A DNA stretch of 64,000 nt from a virus, in IMG/VR virus record IMGVR_UViG_3300032053_005312, positions 14,650-78,649 of that record. One strand, written 5' to 3'. Every line of letters starts with the position of its first letter. The stretch's first letter is position 1. The notes beneath the pieces are model-generated. The model saw only the letters and a list, made by a program, of their open reading frames with translations, made no database searches and was not told the DNA's origin. Shown here in pieces: positions 27,903 to 37,651 of this stretch. The translations under genes were made by a program, and so were the position numbers.

Positions 27903-28511
27903 ATGTCATTAGCACAGAGAAAAGTCTTAGTTTTGAACAAGTCGTGGACTGCCATTGGCGTCGTCACGTTGGAAAAGGCACTAAAGAAAGTCGCCGGAAC
28001 CTACAAAGACGGTACGCCGAAGGCACGCATCATCGACGCACTTCATGACTTTGCTATGCTGACCTGGGATGATTGGGCAAAACTCCGTCCAGGGGAAGAC
28101 GAGCCAGCAATGCGTTCTGTGAACGCAGTGTTTCGTATTCCTGAAGTTATCCAGTACACTCGATACGACAAGCTGCCTACACAGAAGGTCCACTACAACC
28201 GTAGGACCATCTACCGGCGTGACGGTAACGTCTGCCAGTATTGTGGAAAGCAGAAGCCGGGTAGCGAGTTGTCATTGGACCACGTTATCCCACGTTGCCA
28301 GGGTGGTTTGACCACCTGGGAAAACATTGTCGTGGCTTGTACCGACTGCAACGCAAAGAAGGCTGGCCGGACTCCGAAAGAAGCCAATATGAGGTTGCTC
28401 TCTGTGCCTAAGAAGCCGAAGCACAACTTCTTCCCTGGTGATGTTCGGGTGAAGTCTTGGGAGCAATTCCTTGGCGAAGCGTACTGGCTCACAGAGCTAG
28501 AACATGACTAG
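27903..28511 (+). CDS. HNH endonuclease (McrA-like)
   Basis: VLVLN, RRTIYRRD..CQYCG, DHVIP, TWENIVVAC..CN..K..RTP.EA. Confidence 0.9.
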   Translation: MSLAQRKVLVLNKSWTAIGVVTLEKALKKVAGTYKDGTPKARIIDALHDFAMLTWDDWAKLRPGEDEPAMRSVNAVFRIPEVIQYTRYDKLPTQKVHYNRRTIYRRDGNVCQYCGKQKPGSELSLDHVIPRCQGGLTTWENIVVACTDCNAKKAGRTPKEANMRLLSVPKKPKHNFFPGDVRVKSWEQFLGEAYWLTELEHD

Positions 28512-28534
28512 CTGTCTACGGATTGCTAAACGAT

Positions 28535-28573
28535 AGCCTCTGGCGTGTGGCGACATGCGCCAGAGGCTTTTTT
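28535..28573 (+). terminator. Rho-independent terminator
   Basis: agcctctggcg..cgccagaggct followed by T-run. Confidence 0.85.
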
Positions 28574-28590
28574 ATTCTTCATGGTGCGAC

Positions 28591-28992
28591 ATGGAATTAT
28601 CACCCTCTGTTCAAAAACTTATAGCTATCCGCACCAAGCTGGAAGAGGAACGGCATCAATTTGCCATCAAGCACGGCTTCGCCTTCAAGCGGGCGCAAAA
28701 CTTCAAAGATTGCGTCGTGATCCGTTGGAAAACATCAACTAAGAAGCACAAGATCAACCATCCTCGCATTGAGGAATATGTCAAAATAAGTCATGAACTT
28801 TCCGACAAGCACAATTTGTGGGTTGAAGATTACCCATTCCTCGAAACCGGACTCCTATTGTTGAAGATTGGCATTTACGTCTTCTATTCATGGGACTACC
28901 AATCTTGGGCCATCCCAAATGAAAACAAGGAAATTCAGGACTACGTTCTGAGCAATTTACCCAAATGGGCCAAAGTGAGTGTGAAGAAATGA
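28591..28992 (+). CDS. Hypothetical protein
   Basis: ORF coupled to argS. Confidence 0.6.
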   Translation: MELSPSVQKLIAIRTKLEEERHQFAIKHGFAFKRAQNFKDCVVIRWKTSTKKHKINHPRIEEYVKISHELSDKHNLWVEDYPFLETGLLLLKIGIYVFYSWDYQSWAIPNENKEIQDYVLSNLPKWAKVSVKK

Positions 28993-30281
28993 TTCGCCCT
29001 ATCCCGCTATCTCATGGCGTTGGGTTTTTCTCAATGCAGCAATTGCCTCAATTTGCAGGCAAGTACCGTGAGGAAAATGTCGGTCGCTACTGGAACTACT
29101 ACGTCACTCCAGAGTGCCAGGAATGGCCCGAAGCTGTGACGTATAAGGGTCCGTATGTAATCGACGGGTTCTCCCCAAACCTCAACAAGAGTCTGCACGT
29201 CGGGCATCTACGTCAATTGGCTTTGGCCAAGTCTTTGGAGAGCATTATGAACTATGCTCAACAAAAGCCTAATGCCAAGTTCGTGTCCCTATTGGGAGCG
29301 TCACAAGGCGTCTTTCAATACGCCACCGAGCAACTGAATGGATGGTTCGATTTTCTGAACTTCCATCCAGAGTTGCACTACGACGTATTGATGCCACGAG
29401 ATCAGGAGATCGTTCCTCGTTACAAAACCAAGGTGCCGGTCAAAGACTCTATTTCGACCGACATTAACGGCAACCCTTTCGAGCATGAGGAAGAATGTGA
29501 AGTATGGGATGGCCCCAATGGGCCTGTAATCGTCGTTCGTTGGGATGGGCGTCCTTTGTATGCCTTCCAAGACATTGCCTTCTCGAAGGTTGTGGGGCCG
29601 ACGCATTACATCACTGGCACTGAGCAACAGGAGCATTTCGCAAACCTGGGGCTGGGCGACAAGCACTTGCCTATGGGCCTTGTATTGGGCGCTGACGGCA
29701 AGAAGATGAAGTCTCGTACTGGCGATAGTGTCACGGCGAAAGAAGTGCTGGATCAGATTGTGTCACAGCTTGATCCGACACCTGAACCGAACAAGCTGGC
29801 GTGGAATGTATTGGCATGGAACTTCCTTCATGTCGCTCGTTCCAAGAGTGTGAAATATACACCGCAAGAATGGACGAAGCCGGATGCTCCGGGCATGTAT
29901 ATTTCCTACACTTATGCTCGTTTGCAATCGGCCATGAGTCAGGTGCCATATCGTGATCGCACGGCTCGGCATGTTGTTCGCATTACCGCAGCGGGTGTCA
30001 ACGCAGTGTTTGATCCAGAGTACGATTTGACGCAAGGTGATGCCGAACTCATTGGCTTTGCAAATCAACATGCTTATTTTTTGGCACGAAGCATTGAGTC
30101 GTTTGACCCAGCGATTTTGGCAAACTTCACTTACGATCTTGCAGCGAAATTAGGACAAGCGTATCATCTGGACAAAATCGTTGATGGTCGTTGGGGATTC
30201 AAGTATTCTGTATCGCAGGCGTTGACACACCTTCGTTTGTGCATGTGTCAACTTGGCATGTTTCCTTTGGAGAAGATTTGA
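28989..30281 (+). CDS. argS: Reduced arginyl-tRNA synthetase lacking most of the N-terminal domain
   Basis: SPNLNKSLHVGHLR, DGRPLY..DIA, YITG.EQ.EHF, KKMKSRTG, YISYTYARLQS, DALR-type C-terminus GMFPLEKI. Confidence 0.87.
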   Translation: MIRPIPLSHGVGFFSMQQLPQFAGKYREENVGRYWNYYVTPECQEWPEAVTYKGPYVIDGFSPNLNKSLHVGHLRQLALAKSLESIMNYAQQKPNAKFVSLLGASQGVFQYATEQLNGWFDFLNFHPELHYDVLMPRDQEIVPRYKTKVPVKDSISTDINGNPFEHEEECEVWDGPNGPVIVVRWDGRPLYAFQDIAFSKVVGPTHYITGTEQQEHFANLGLGDKHLPMGLVLGADGKKMKSRTGDSVTAKEVLDQIVSQLDPTPEPNKLAWNVLAWNFLHVARSKSVKYTPQEWTKPDAPGMYISYTYARLQSAMSQVPYRDRTARHVVRITAAGVNAVFDPEYDLTQGDAELIGFANQHAYFLARSIESFDPAILANFTYDLAAKLGQAYHLDKIVDGRWGFKYSVSQALTHLRLCMCQLGMFPLEKI

Positions 30282-30613
30282 TGGATGCTCAACAACGAGA
30301 GGCCGATCAGCGAGTCATCGCTTCTGAAAGGAAGATGACGGATGCCGAGTTTCTTGAAACCATGTCAAGAACGGACTCGTTGATTGACCATGAGCCTGAT
30401 ACCACCTGTGGCATGTGCCATCACCAATTCGTGATGGCACAGGTCGCTCGTGATATGATCGTTGCAGGCGAGACGGAAGACGTAATCAAGAAGTGGTCTG
30501 AGGAAGCCGAACGTCGTTGGCGTTCATCGAAATTTGTCCAGCTTTGGGACGAAGCTGTTGCTGCCGATAAAGACCCTAATGCGGTCTTCGAGGAACGTGG
30601 TTGGGAGCCTTAA
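30281..30613 (+). CDS. Hypothetical protein
   Basis: TGATG coupling. Confidence 0.65.
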   Translation: MDAQQREADQRVIASERKMTDAEFLETMSRTDSLIDHEPDTTCGMCHHQFVMAQVARDMIVAGETEDVIKKWSEEAERRWRSSKFVQLWDEAVAADKDPNAVFEERGWEP

Positions 30614-30614
30614 A

Positions 30615-31166
30615 ATGTCAGAACATGGAATCGTCAAAGATGGTTGTTGGGTGCCTTTGCCCCCAATCATGACTGTTGAATCCTTGTTGGCTTATGGATT
30701 TAGAGAATGGCCTGTCGGCCAACATGACAAGCATGATCGGCATTGGCAATTTTGCAAGCGTGATGAAAAGGGCAAGAAGCTCTATGTGCAGGTGCGACTG
30801 TGGGCGTTCAGTAAATACAGCAATACTGAACGAACAGTTGAAGACTCATTCGATGCCGATGTTCAGTTTGACATGAATGGTCCCAAGACATTCAACGTCA
30901 ATATGAGCGTCAATAATATGACGCCAGCACAGGTCGTTGAATGGTTCGAGAAAATGCACGACACAATGGGATGTACTCATTACGAGTTGTATTCCGACGA
31001 CCGATACAACGAAGAAGGCGAACAGACTTCTTTCGACTGTGATAAATGTGGAAGATATTTGCCACCAGAAGAAGCTGTCGCACCGTTTCTTTGTCCTGGG
31101 TGCAAGTACGAAACAGAGAGTGGTTTTAAGCAAGTTGCCAGAAAGGTCAAAGTAAAGCGTAGATAG
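30615..31166 (+). CDS. Hypothetical protein with C-terminal Zn ribbon
   Basis: CDKC..CPGC. Confidence 0.65.
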   Translation: MSEHGIVKDGCWVPLPPIMTVESLLAYGFREWPVGQHDKHDRHWQFCKRDEKGKKLYVQVRLWAFSKYSNTERTVEDSFDADVQFDMNGPKTFNVNMSVNNMTPAQVVEWFEKMHDTMGCTHYELYSDDRYNEEGEQTSFDCDKCGRYLPPEEAVAPFLCPGCKYETESGFKQVARKVKVKRR

Positions 31167-31167
31167 C

Positions 31168-31196
31168 TTTACAATTTGGGCCTCTCGTGGTAGAAT
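31168..31196 (+). promoter_or_regulatory. sigma70-type promoter of the release-factor gene
   Basis: TTTACA-N17-TAGAAT. Confidence 0.7.
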
Positions 31197-31232
31197 GTAG
31201 AGGTCCAGCAAAATTTTTTGGAGTAGAGAGAG

Positions 31233-32037
31233 ATGAGAAATGTCAAAATCATGAATCAAGGACACGGCGGCAAATCTTCGGCAACATCCTGTCTTTAGCG
31301 ACTCTAAAGTTCTAATCTTAGAACTGCATGGCGGGGAAGGTGGCGAAGACTCGAAGTTGTTCGTCGCCGATTTACTTGAAACCTATCTCAAATACGCTTC
31401 CAACTGTGGATTAGGCTATGAAGTCCTGACAAAAGAACACGGTCACGCAATTGCCAAGATCACAGGCAAAGGCGTCTGGAAAGCGTTTCAAAACGAACCC
31501 GGCAAACACGTTGTACAGCGTGTCCCACCCACAGAGCGTGGTGGGCGACGGCAAACCTCTATTGTGACGGTTTCTGTCATGCCGCTGCCTCCTGAGAACA
31601 CTCAGGAGCCGCTTCGTGAAAAAGACCTGGACATTATCTTTCAGACGGGCAAGCAGAAGGCAGGCGGTCAAAACGTCAATAAGGTGGCGTCAGCCGTCCG
31701 CATGAAGCATAAGCCGACTGGAATGATGGTGTTCATCAACGGTAGAGATCAGAAGCAAAATCTCGATGAGGCGTTGCGCATTTTGACCTTCAAGGTCAAT
31801 GAGCAAAAGCGGCTCAAGATCGAGGGCGAATACGATCAATCCCGTAAGACGCAGATGATGAGCGGCGGTGATCGAATTGGTGGTAGAGGCGATAAAATTC
31901 GCACCTACAACTTCATTCAGTCTCGTGTCGTGGATCACAGGCTTGGTCGCAAAACGGCAAACATCAAAGAGGTCATGAAGGGTAATTTCTCCATCCTGTT
32001 CAATGATGGAGAAATGTCTGGCAGTGACGACGAATAA
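31233..32037 (+). CDS. Class I peptide chain release factor homolog (RF1-type PxT, no domain 1), predicted +1 frameshift at 31293-31299
   Basis: LELHGGEGGEDSKLF, EPGKHVVQRVPPTE, AGGQNVNKVASAVR, KIRTYNF..RVVDHR; CTT-TAG-C joins ATG31233 to the conserved frame. Confidence 0.85.
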
Positions 32038-32057
32038 CTCGATTTTGCTTAATCGAG

Positions 32058-32093
32058 GGCCAGCATCTTCTTTTGGGGGTGCTGGCCTTTTTT
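32058..32093 (+). terminator. Rho-independent terminator
   Basis: ggccagcatc..ggtgctggcc followed by T6. Confidence 0.85.
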
Positions 32094-32139
32094 GTTCGCC
32101 CGTACTCCTTTGTTATATCCAGCTTCAAAGGAGCATATT

Positions 32140-32427
32140 ATGTGGCTTGAATTAGGCAAAGAACGACCGGGTGGTGTCCCACAGAACAATCCACGAATTT
32201 GGGTCAATACAGACCATATCGTGCGTGTAGAATTCATTCAGGAAGGTGCGGTATTGACCGCTACAGTCATCTCTACGAAGCCGGGCGGTTCAGATCGCAC
32301 GATATTCAAAGGTGATGACGCAGAACGATTAAGACTGGCTTTGAATATGGAGCGTTCGTGGCAACCACTGCTCGACTATGAAAAGCCAGCAGAGCCAGAA
32401 AAGGCTGTCAAAAAACCAAAGAAATAA
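32140..32427 (+). CDS. Hypothetical protein
   Basis: SD aaggag. Confidence 0.65.
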   Translation: MWLELGKERPGGVPQNNPRIWVNTDHIVRVEFIQEGAVLTATVISTKPGGSDRTIFKGDDAERLRLALNMERSWQPLLDYEKPAEPEKAVKKPKK

Positions 32428-32472
32428 GCGAACCCGGTTTGCTTATTTCCTGTCAAGTAAACGGAGGGAAAA

Positions 32473-33399
32473 ATGGCAAACGTAATTAAAGAACTGTACG
32501 ACAAGAGATTGACAAATCTCGGCGGTCATCGCTGGATTCCAGACAACATGCACTACATCACAATGATGGGTAGTGTGGCCTATGGTGTTTCAAACGATAC
32601 GTCCGACACGGACATTTATTCCTTTTGCATTCCACCAAAGGAAGAATTGTTTCCGCATCTTCGTGGCGAAATCGTAGGCTTTGGCGATGCCGTACACGCC
32701 AATAATAGATTCACCAATTACCAAGAACACCACATCAAAGATGTCGGTGCCGAGAAAGAATATGACCTCAACATTTACAATATTGTTGACTTCTTTCAGT
32801 TGGTGATGGAAAACAACCCTAACATGATTGACTCTTTGTTTACGCCTCAATGGTGCGTATTGCATAGCACCAGAGTCGGCCAGATGGTGCGAGAGCAGAG
32901 GAAGATATTCCTTCATTTAGGAAGCTGGAATACTTTCAAAGGCTACGCCTATTCACAGCTAAAGAAGTGTGGGTCAAAGAAGCGAACCGGGAAGCGAAAG
33001 CAAGTGGTAGACGAAATGGGCTTCGACCCTAAATTCGCTTACCATATTGTGAGAAATCTGAATGAAATCGAACAGATTCTCACAGAGGGCGATCTGGACC
33101 TACAGCGAAATAGAGAACAATTGAAGGCTATTCGCCGTGGGGAATGGTCGCTCGAACAGATAGAAGAATATTTCGAGCGGAAAGAACTTGAGCTAGAAAC
33201 TCTGTATAATGAGAATAAAGCCGGTTTACCTTGGGGGCCTAAACACGATGGTTTGCAAGAGAAAGTTAAACAACTTCTCTTTCAGTGCCTCGAAGAACAC
33301 TATGGATCGCTTGACAAATGTATTGTCAATCCAGATGCCGCAGTGATGGCTCTCCGGGAGGTTGGCGACGTTCTCGCAAAATACAGAAACCTTCTATGA
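32473..33399 (+). CDS. Pol-beta superfamily nucleotidyltransferase (RlaP/YcgL-like)
   Basis: GSVAYG..SDTD, NNPNMIDSLF, KGYAYSQL, FDPKFAYH, LKAIRRGEW. Confidence 0.85.
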   Translation: MANVIKELYDKRLTNLGGHRWIPDNMHYITMMGSVAYGVSNDTSDTDIYSFCIPPKEELFPHLRGEIVGFGDAVHANNRFTNYQEHHIKDVGAEKEYDLNIYNIVDFFQLVMENNPNMIDSLFTPQWCVLHSTRVGQMVREQRKIFLHLGSWNTFKGYAYSQLKKCGSKKRTGKRKQVVDEMGFDPKFAYHIVRNLNEIEQILTEGDLDLQRNREQLKAIRRGEWSLEQIEEYFERKELELETLYNENKAGLPWGPKHDGLQEKVKQLLFQCLEEHYGSLDKCIVNPDAAVMALREVGDVLAKYRNLL

Positions 33400-34034
33400 A
33401 ATTCATTCCGACAGATGTTGAAAACTGCACGGTCGTCATGATGGATCGCTATCATGACGACCGTGGTTTTTTTCAGGAACTCTACGAACAAGACAAATAT
33501 ACGCATGGCATTGAGTTATTGAATTGGCAACAAACCAATTGGTCCGTAAGCAACAAGAACGCATTGCGAGGAATCCATGTTGCTAATTATGCCAAGCTAG
33601 TCACATGCGTCTCAGGAAAAATATGGGACTTGGTAGTTGATCTTAGGACAAACTCGCCAACTTTCTTAAAGTACGTCGGAGTCGAACTGACTCCTGATGA
33701 ACCCAAACAAGTCTATGTGCCGCCAGGATGCGGACATGGGTTTGTATCTCTTGAAGACAACTCTTCTGTTGTCTATATGCAGACTGGTCGATATGCCCAA
33801 GATGGCGAATTGACGGTTATGTATAACGAACCCAATCTTGCCATTCAATGGCCCGGCGAAAACCACACTATATCAGAACGTGACAAAGGTGGTCAGCCGC
33901 TCTGGTCTTTTCAGATGTGTTTATCTGAAAAAATAGACTATAAAATGAATGATGAGCTTCAATCTGTATGGGTCGCCTCTCTCCCTCCAGAAAACCAGGA
34001 AGAGTGGAACAAAAAATATCCTAAGTTAGAATAA
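33396..34034 (+). CDS. rmlC: dTDP-4-dehydrorhamnose 3,5-epimerase
   Basis: DDRGFFQE, LRGIH, KLVTCVSG.IWDLVVDLR..SPTF, VPPGCGHGF. Confidence 0.9.
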   Translation: MKFIPTDVENCTVVMMDRYHDDRGFFQELYEQDKYTHGIELLNWQQTNWSVSNKNALRGIHVANYAKLVTCVSGKIWDLVVDLRTNSPTFLKYVGVELTPDEPKQVYVPPGCGHGFVSLEDNSSVVYMQTGRYAQDGELTVMYNEPNLAIQWPGENHTISERDKGGQPLWSFQMCLSEKIDYKMNDELQSVWVASLPPENQEEWNKKYPKLE

Positions 34035-34929
34035 AGTCAACAAATTGAATTTCCAATACATCTCTTGGAAACTGTGTTCCTGCCGCTAGAGCTTTATTTT
34101 CACTTACTTTCCATTGTTCTTTGATTCGTCTTAGGACGGCAGGCTCGTGAGTGAAAAATAGCTCTACAGGATGTGTGACTAATTCTTCTTCAGATATGGT
34201 TAGTCCTGCCTCTTCGATTATCTTTCTATATTCCGTCATAGGATCGAGGAAGTTTCTAGTGCGGGTTTCTTTTAGTCCCATACTAAACAATTCATCTGTG
34301 TCGAACACAAGATGCAGATAAGCTCTATTTAGTTGCTTATAAAGGTGCGTGCCGTGGCGACTGGTCCAGGGATGGCATCGTAAATAAATGCGACCATTTG
34401 GAGCTTTGACCTCGTTTGCTTTGATGAGTATATTTTCATCTGCGTGGTCAATGACATCATTGACCAGTATGACATCGTATGGGCCATTCTTTTTGATTTC
34501 GTCAAAATCAGTGCTGAATTGCAGGTTGACGGTATCTTCAAAGTGGCTCCAGTTTTGCTCGCTGGGATCATAGCCCATAGCCAATTTGACGCCGACGAGA
34601 TTGGCAGCAACATAGGGAACATGCCCTTCACCGCAGCCGAAGTCTAGTAGCTTTTTATCGCTTAGATCGGTGCGAATAAAGTCATGTACGATTCCTGCTG
34701 CACGAGACAGCTTGTGATCCTCGTCTTCGCCGCAAATTAGGTCTTCAGGCACCGCCAGAGGCCATTTCTCGGATTTAGCGAGCAATCGGAGGGTTGTGAT
34801 CTCCGATAGCCTCTCACGCTCACCAACGGGCATTGGGGGCGATTTGAGTTCTTCTTCGAGTAACGAACGCATGAAGCCTGTCATGTGTTCAAGCGCCCGG
34901 AGGTATTCTTTGATTGTTTTTTGGTCCAT
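34021..34929 (-). CDS. Class I SAM methyltransferase
   Basis: LLDFGCGEG, YDVILVNDVIDH, HPWTSRHGTHL. Confidence 0.82.
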   Translation of the reverse strand: MDQKTIKEYLRALEHMTGFMRSLLEEELKSPPMPVGERERLSEITTLRLLAKSEKWPLAVPEDLICGEDEDHKLSRAAGIVHDFIRTDLSDKKLLDFGCGEGHVPYVAANLVGVKLAMGYDPSEQNWSHFEDTVNLQFSTDFDEIKKNGPYDVILVNDVIDHADENILIKANEVKAPNGRIYLRCHPWTSRHGTHLYKQLNRAYLHLVFDTDELFSMGLKETRTRNFLDPMTEYRKIIEEAGLTISEEELVTHPVELFFTHEPAVLRRIKEQWKVSENKALAAGTQFPRDVLEIQFVDFILT

Positions 34930-34987
34930 GTTTCTTTCCACCTAAGACTCTATTAGATGAGTGAACTTTGCGAAAATTGGAGCGTGC

Positions 34988-35521
34988 ATGAAAGATTTTG
35001 AACGGACATTGTTAATTGGGGTCGTATTTGATCTATCGACGTTGCACACCAACGGTACTCGGAACTTGGATATTGTAAAGGATGTTCTTCTGAAGAATGT
35101 CTTGGATGTGAAGCCGTCATCGAAAATATATGTTTCTCATCCAAATTGGCATACAATCCCACGGGATCAGGGGGAAAGCACATATTATGTGATCTCCTAT
35201 CAAGAGCCGCCAAATTTCTATGTTGATTCTACTTTGAAAAACGCCGTCACAGTTGTTGGCGAGTATGTCGAAGATTGTGATAAGTATATGTTTTTGATTA
35301 CAGATCGTTTTCAAGCACCACGCAACTATCAATATCGCAAGGGATTTTTGGCAAATAATATCAGAGGCTATAGTACGAAGATGTGTGTCTTTGGCATAGG
35401 AGATGGTTATGACAACATGAATCTCAAATCATTGGCCGAAGAATACGAGGCACATTTTTCACACTTGTCAGACGCCGCCTCGCTGTCTGATGAACTTACC
35501 AAATTGTTGACGGGATACTAA
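34988..35521 (+). CDS. Degenerate vWA-like protein
   Basis: VVFDLS, FLITD, VFGIGDGYD..LKSLA. Confidence 0.55.
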   Translation: MKDFERTLLIGVVFDLSTLHTNGTRNLDIVKDVLLKNVLDVKPSSKIYVSHPNWHTIPRDQGESTYYVISYQEPPNFYVDSTLKNAVTVVGEYVEDCDKYMFLITDRFQAPRNYQYRKGFLANNIRGYSTKMCVFGIGDGYDNMNLKSLAEEYEAHFSHLSDAASLSDELTKLLTGY

Positions 35522-36306
35522 TGGAAAATCCAAAGATATTCGTAAAGCGAACTGTAGAAAATAATCCTTTTTACATGGCCCCGGTGGAAATCATCATTCC
35601 ATTTCATGGCGAACAGGCTCGTGTTGCCAAGTTGATGGAGAGTATATTTACCACAGTGCATACCAACAGGTATTTGATTTCTCTAGTTGACGATGGTTCT
35701 CCGAACCAGACATTCATCAAAGATATAGACAAGAAGAAAATGCCTGGTGTGCGATGTTTTCGTACCGATGAAAACAAGGGATTCGGAGCAGCGGTAAATT
35801 TGGCACTCAAAACTCCGTGGAGCCAAAATATCACCTGGATCGCCATTATGCAGTCTGATGTTTTTGCAGAAGAAAACAATTGGCTCTCCAATATGGGAGA
35901 GACGATGAATCTACTCAAGAATAAAGGCGTAAAAATGGTGTCTCCAATGACCAACAATCCAATGGTCGAGTCAAATATTTTGACTGGACGAAAAAGTGAT
36001 CGTCGGCCTGATGCGATTTTGACAGAAGGCTATTTGCCGATGTATTGCGTATTGGCTCATAGAGAATTGTTCAATAAAGTTGGGTCATTGAAAGAATGCC
36101 CGTATGCCGGAACCGAAGCTGAAGAATTCGCCGTGCGTATGCGATTGATGGGTTACAAACAGGCTGTGTGTGGCACCAGTTGGGTGAATCACTCTGGCGG
36201 CGCTACCCTTGCCAATTTCACTGAAAACATAAAGGTTCAGGAAATGTTGCGAAAGGTAAAAGAAGAGTTCGATCCAGGCCCTAAGAAAGAGGCCCAGGTT
36301 GGATAG
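35521..36306 (+). CDS. Glycosyltransferase family 2
   Basis: IIIPF, LVDDGS, NKGFGAAVN. Confidence 0.82.
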   Translation: MENPKIFVKRTVENNPFYMAPVEIIIPFHGEQARVAKLMESIFTTVHTNRYLISLVDDGSPNQTFIKDIDKKKMPGVRCFRTDENKGFGAAVNLALKTPWSQNITWIAIMQSDVFAEENNWLSNMGETMNLLKNKGVKMVSPMTNNPMVESNILTGRKSDRRPDAILTEGYLPMYCVLAHRELFNKVGSLKECPYAGTEAEEFAVRMRLMGYKQAVCGTSWVNHSGGATLANFTENIKVQEMLRKVKEEFDPGPKKEAQVG

Positions 36307-36354
36307 ATAATGGTGAAGTGATTAACTCTTCAACCTATTATGGAGGATATTCTC

Positions 36355-36510
36355 ATGAGATGCAAAAAGCCAGACGGCACATACACGACAACCAGTTGGT
36401 TGTACTTCTACCCTCAGTGCGGTAGAATTCTGCAAGCCCTTGGCATCTGCTCTGCTAAGGCAGGCGCATATGTTCCAGCTATTACGGTATGCACTCAGCG
36501 TTTGTACTAA
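36355..36510 (+). CDS. Small 4-Cys peptide (51 aa)
   Basis: SD ggagg; MRCKKPDG...VCTQRLY; followed by a terminator; translated by hand. Confidence 0.6.
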   Translation: MRCKKPDGTYTTTSWLYFYPQCGRILQALGICSAKAGAYVPAITVCTQRLY

Positions 36511-36536
36511 CGCTTGATTGTTGACCATATTTAGAG

Positions 36537-36571
36537 AGGTTGCCCGATTGAAAAGTCGGGCAACCTTTTTT
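36537..36571 (+). terminator. Rho-independent terminator
   Basis: aggttgcccga-ttgaaaag-tcgggcaacct followed by T-run. Confidence 0.85.
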
Positions 36572-37007
36572 ATTTGCCTTGCCAATTTTCACTGTGGTCG
36601 ATCAGTTCTTTTGCGATTGCTTCATAGCAAGGACGATCAATGGTTCCTGCTGAGGGGCTATCGAATTCCATCACAAAGATTTGATGGACGACTTCGGTGA
36701 TTTCCTTCAATCCTGGCGTGCCACGGATAGCCAGTTCACGCAAGATCATTCTGGCTTCAATATCATATTCGTCTTTTGGCACTACGCAGGGAACCAGATC
36801 AATCGGGTCATGTTCATACAGAATCCGTGTGAGCCAATCCAATGCGTTACCGAAGCGACACAGATCGTCTCTGTGTTCGAGATCATGGAGATGAAGCATC
36901 TCCATCCGTTGGTCTTGTGTGACTCCATTGCCTTTGCTGGTCTGAAAGATCAATCGCAGTCCCGCCATACGTTCTTTGGCAGCATTGTTCCATTCGGTGT
37001 ATTTCAT
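36570..37007 (-). CDS. Hypothetical protein
   Basis: ILYEHDPI..DEYDIEA motif; coupled to upstream gene. Confidence 0.65.
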   Translation of the reverse strand: MKYTEWNNAAKERMAGLRLIFQTSKGNGVTQDQRMEMLHLHDLEHRDDLCRFGNALDWLTRILYEHDPIDLVPCVVPKDEYDIEARMILRELAIRGTPGLKEITEVVHQIFVMEFDSPSAGTIDRPCYEAIAKELIDHSENWQGK

Positions 37008-37645
37008 ATTGCTCTGGTTATATGGGTGGCATAGCCAAAAATGTTGCTGATGTAAGAGTGATGCCCAGGAGGGGATAAGTATACCATCTTGCCGCCGTGC
37101 TTTTCAACCAACTGAAGCAGTCTTCCTGGTGAGCGAAACACAGCGCCCCACGTTTGGGCTTTGAGGTCATCTTGTTCGTATAGGGCTATTGCCCACTTGC
37201 CGTCCTGATGAGTAGGAATAAGCCTATCATCTAAATGGGAAAATTGGAGTGCATAAATGCCACCAACTTTTAGACTCTTGATGATCTTCTGAAGTTGAAT
37301 CTCAAAGGCTTCATGACTCATGTGTATGCACACATTGTTTGAGAATACATAGTCGAACTTATTCTCAGGCAAGTCATCTTCAGGCAGAAATTGGCCGAGC
37401 GTATATGGCTTGACATTTTCAAGAGCGATTGGCGAAATATCAAGGGCATATACATTGCCGCCTTTTTGTTGGTAAAACTTGCTTGGGTTGCAAACGCCAA
37501 CGCCGATAGCAAGAATAGTTTTACCAGCCAGAGAATCCGGGTCGATTCTCAAAACGCCTAGTTCAGTAGGCCCGTCACTACCCGTCAGACTGATGCAGTC
37601 TTGACGGGTGTGAACGTCGTTCCAAAAGTCTTGTATTTCGCTCAT
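37004..37645 (-). CDS. Class I SAM methyltransferase
   Basis: ILAIGVG, ALDIS, FDYVFSNNVCIH, LKVGG. Confidence 0.82.
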   Translation of the reverse strand: MSEIQDFWNDVHTRQDCISLTGSDGPTELGVLRIDPDSLAGKTILAIGVGVCNPSKFYQQKGGNVYALDISPIALENVKPYTLGQFLPEDDLPENKFDYVFSNNVCIHMSHEAFEIQLQKIIKSLKVGGIYALQFSHLDDRLIPTHQDGKWAIALYEQDDLKAQTWGAVFRSPGRLLQLVEKHGGKMVYLSPPGHHSYISNIFGYATHITRAI

Positions 37646-37651
37646 GCTTTA

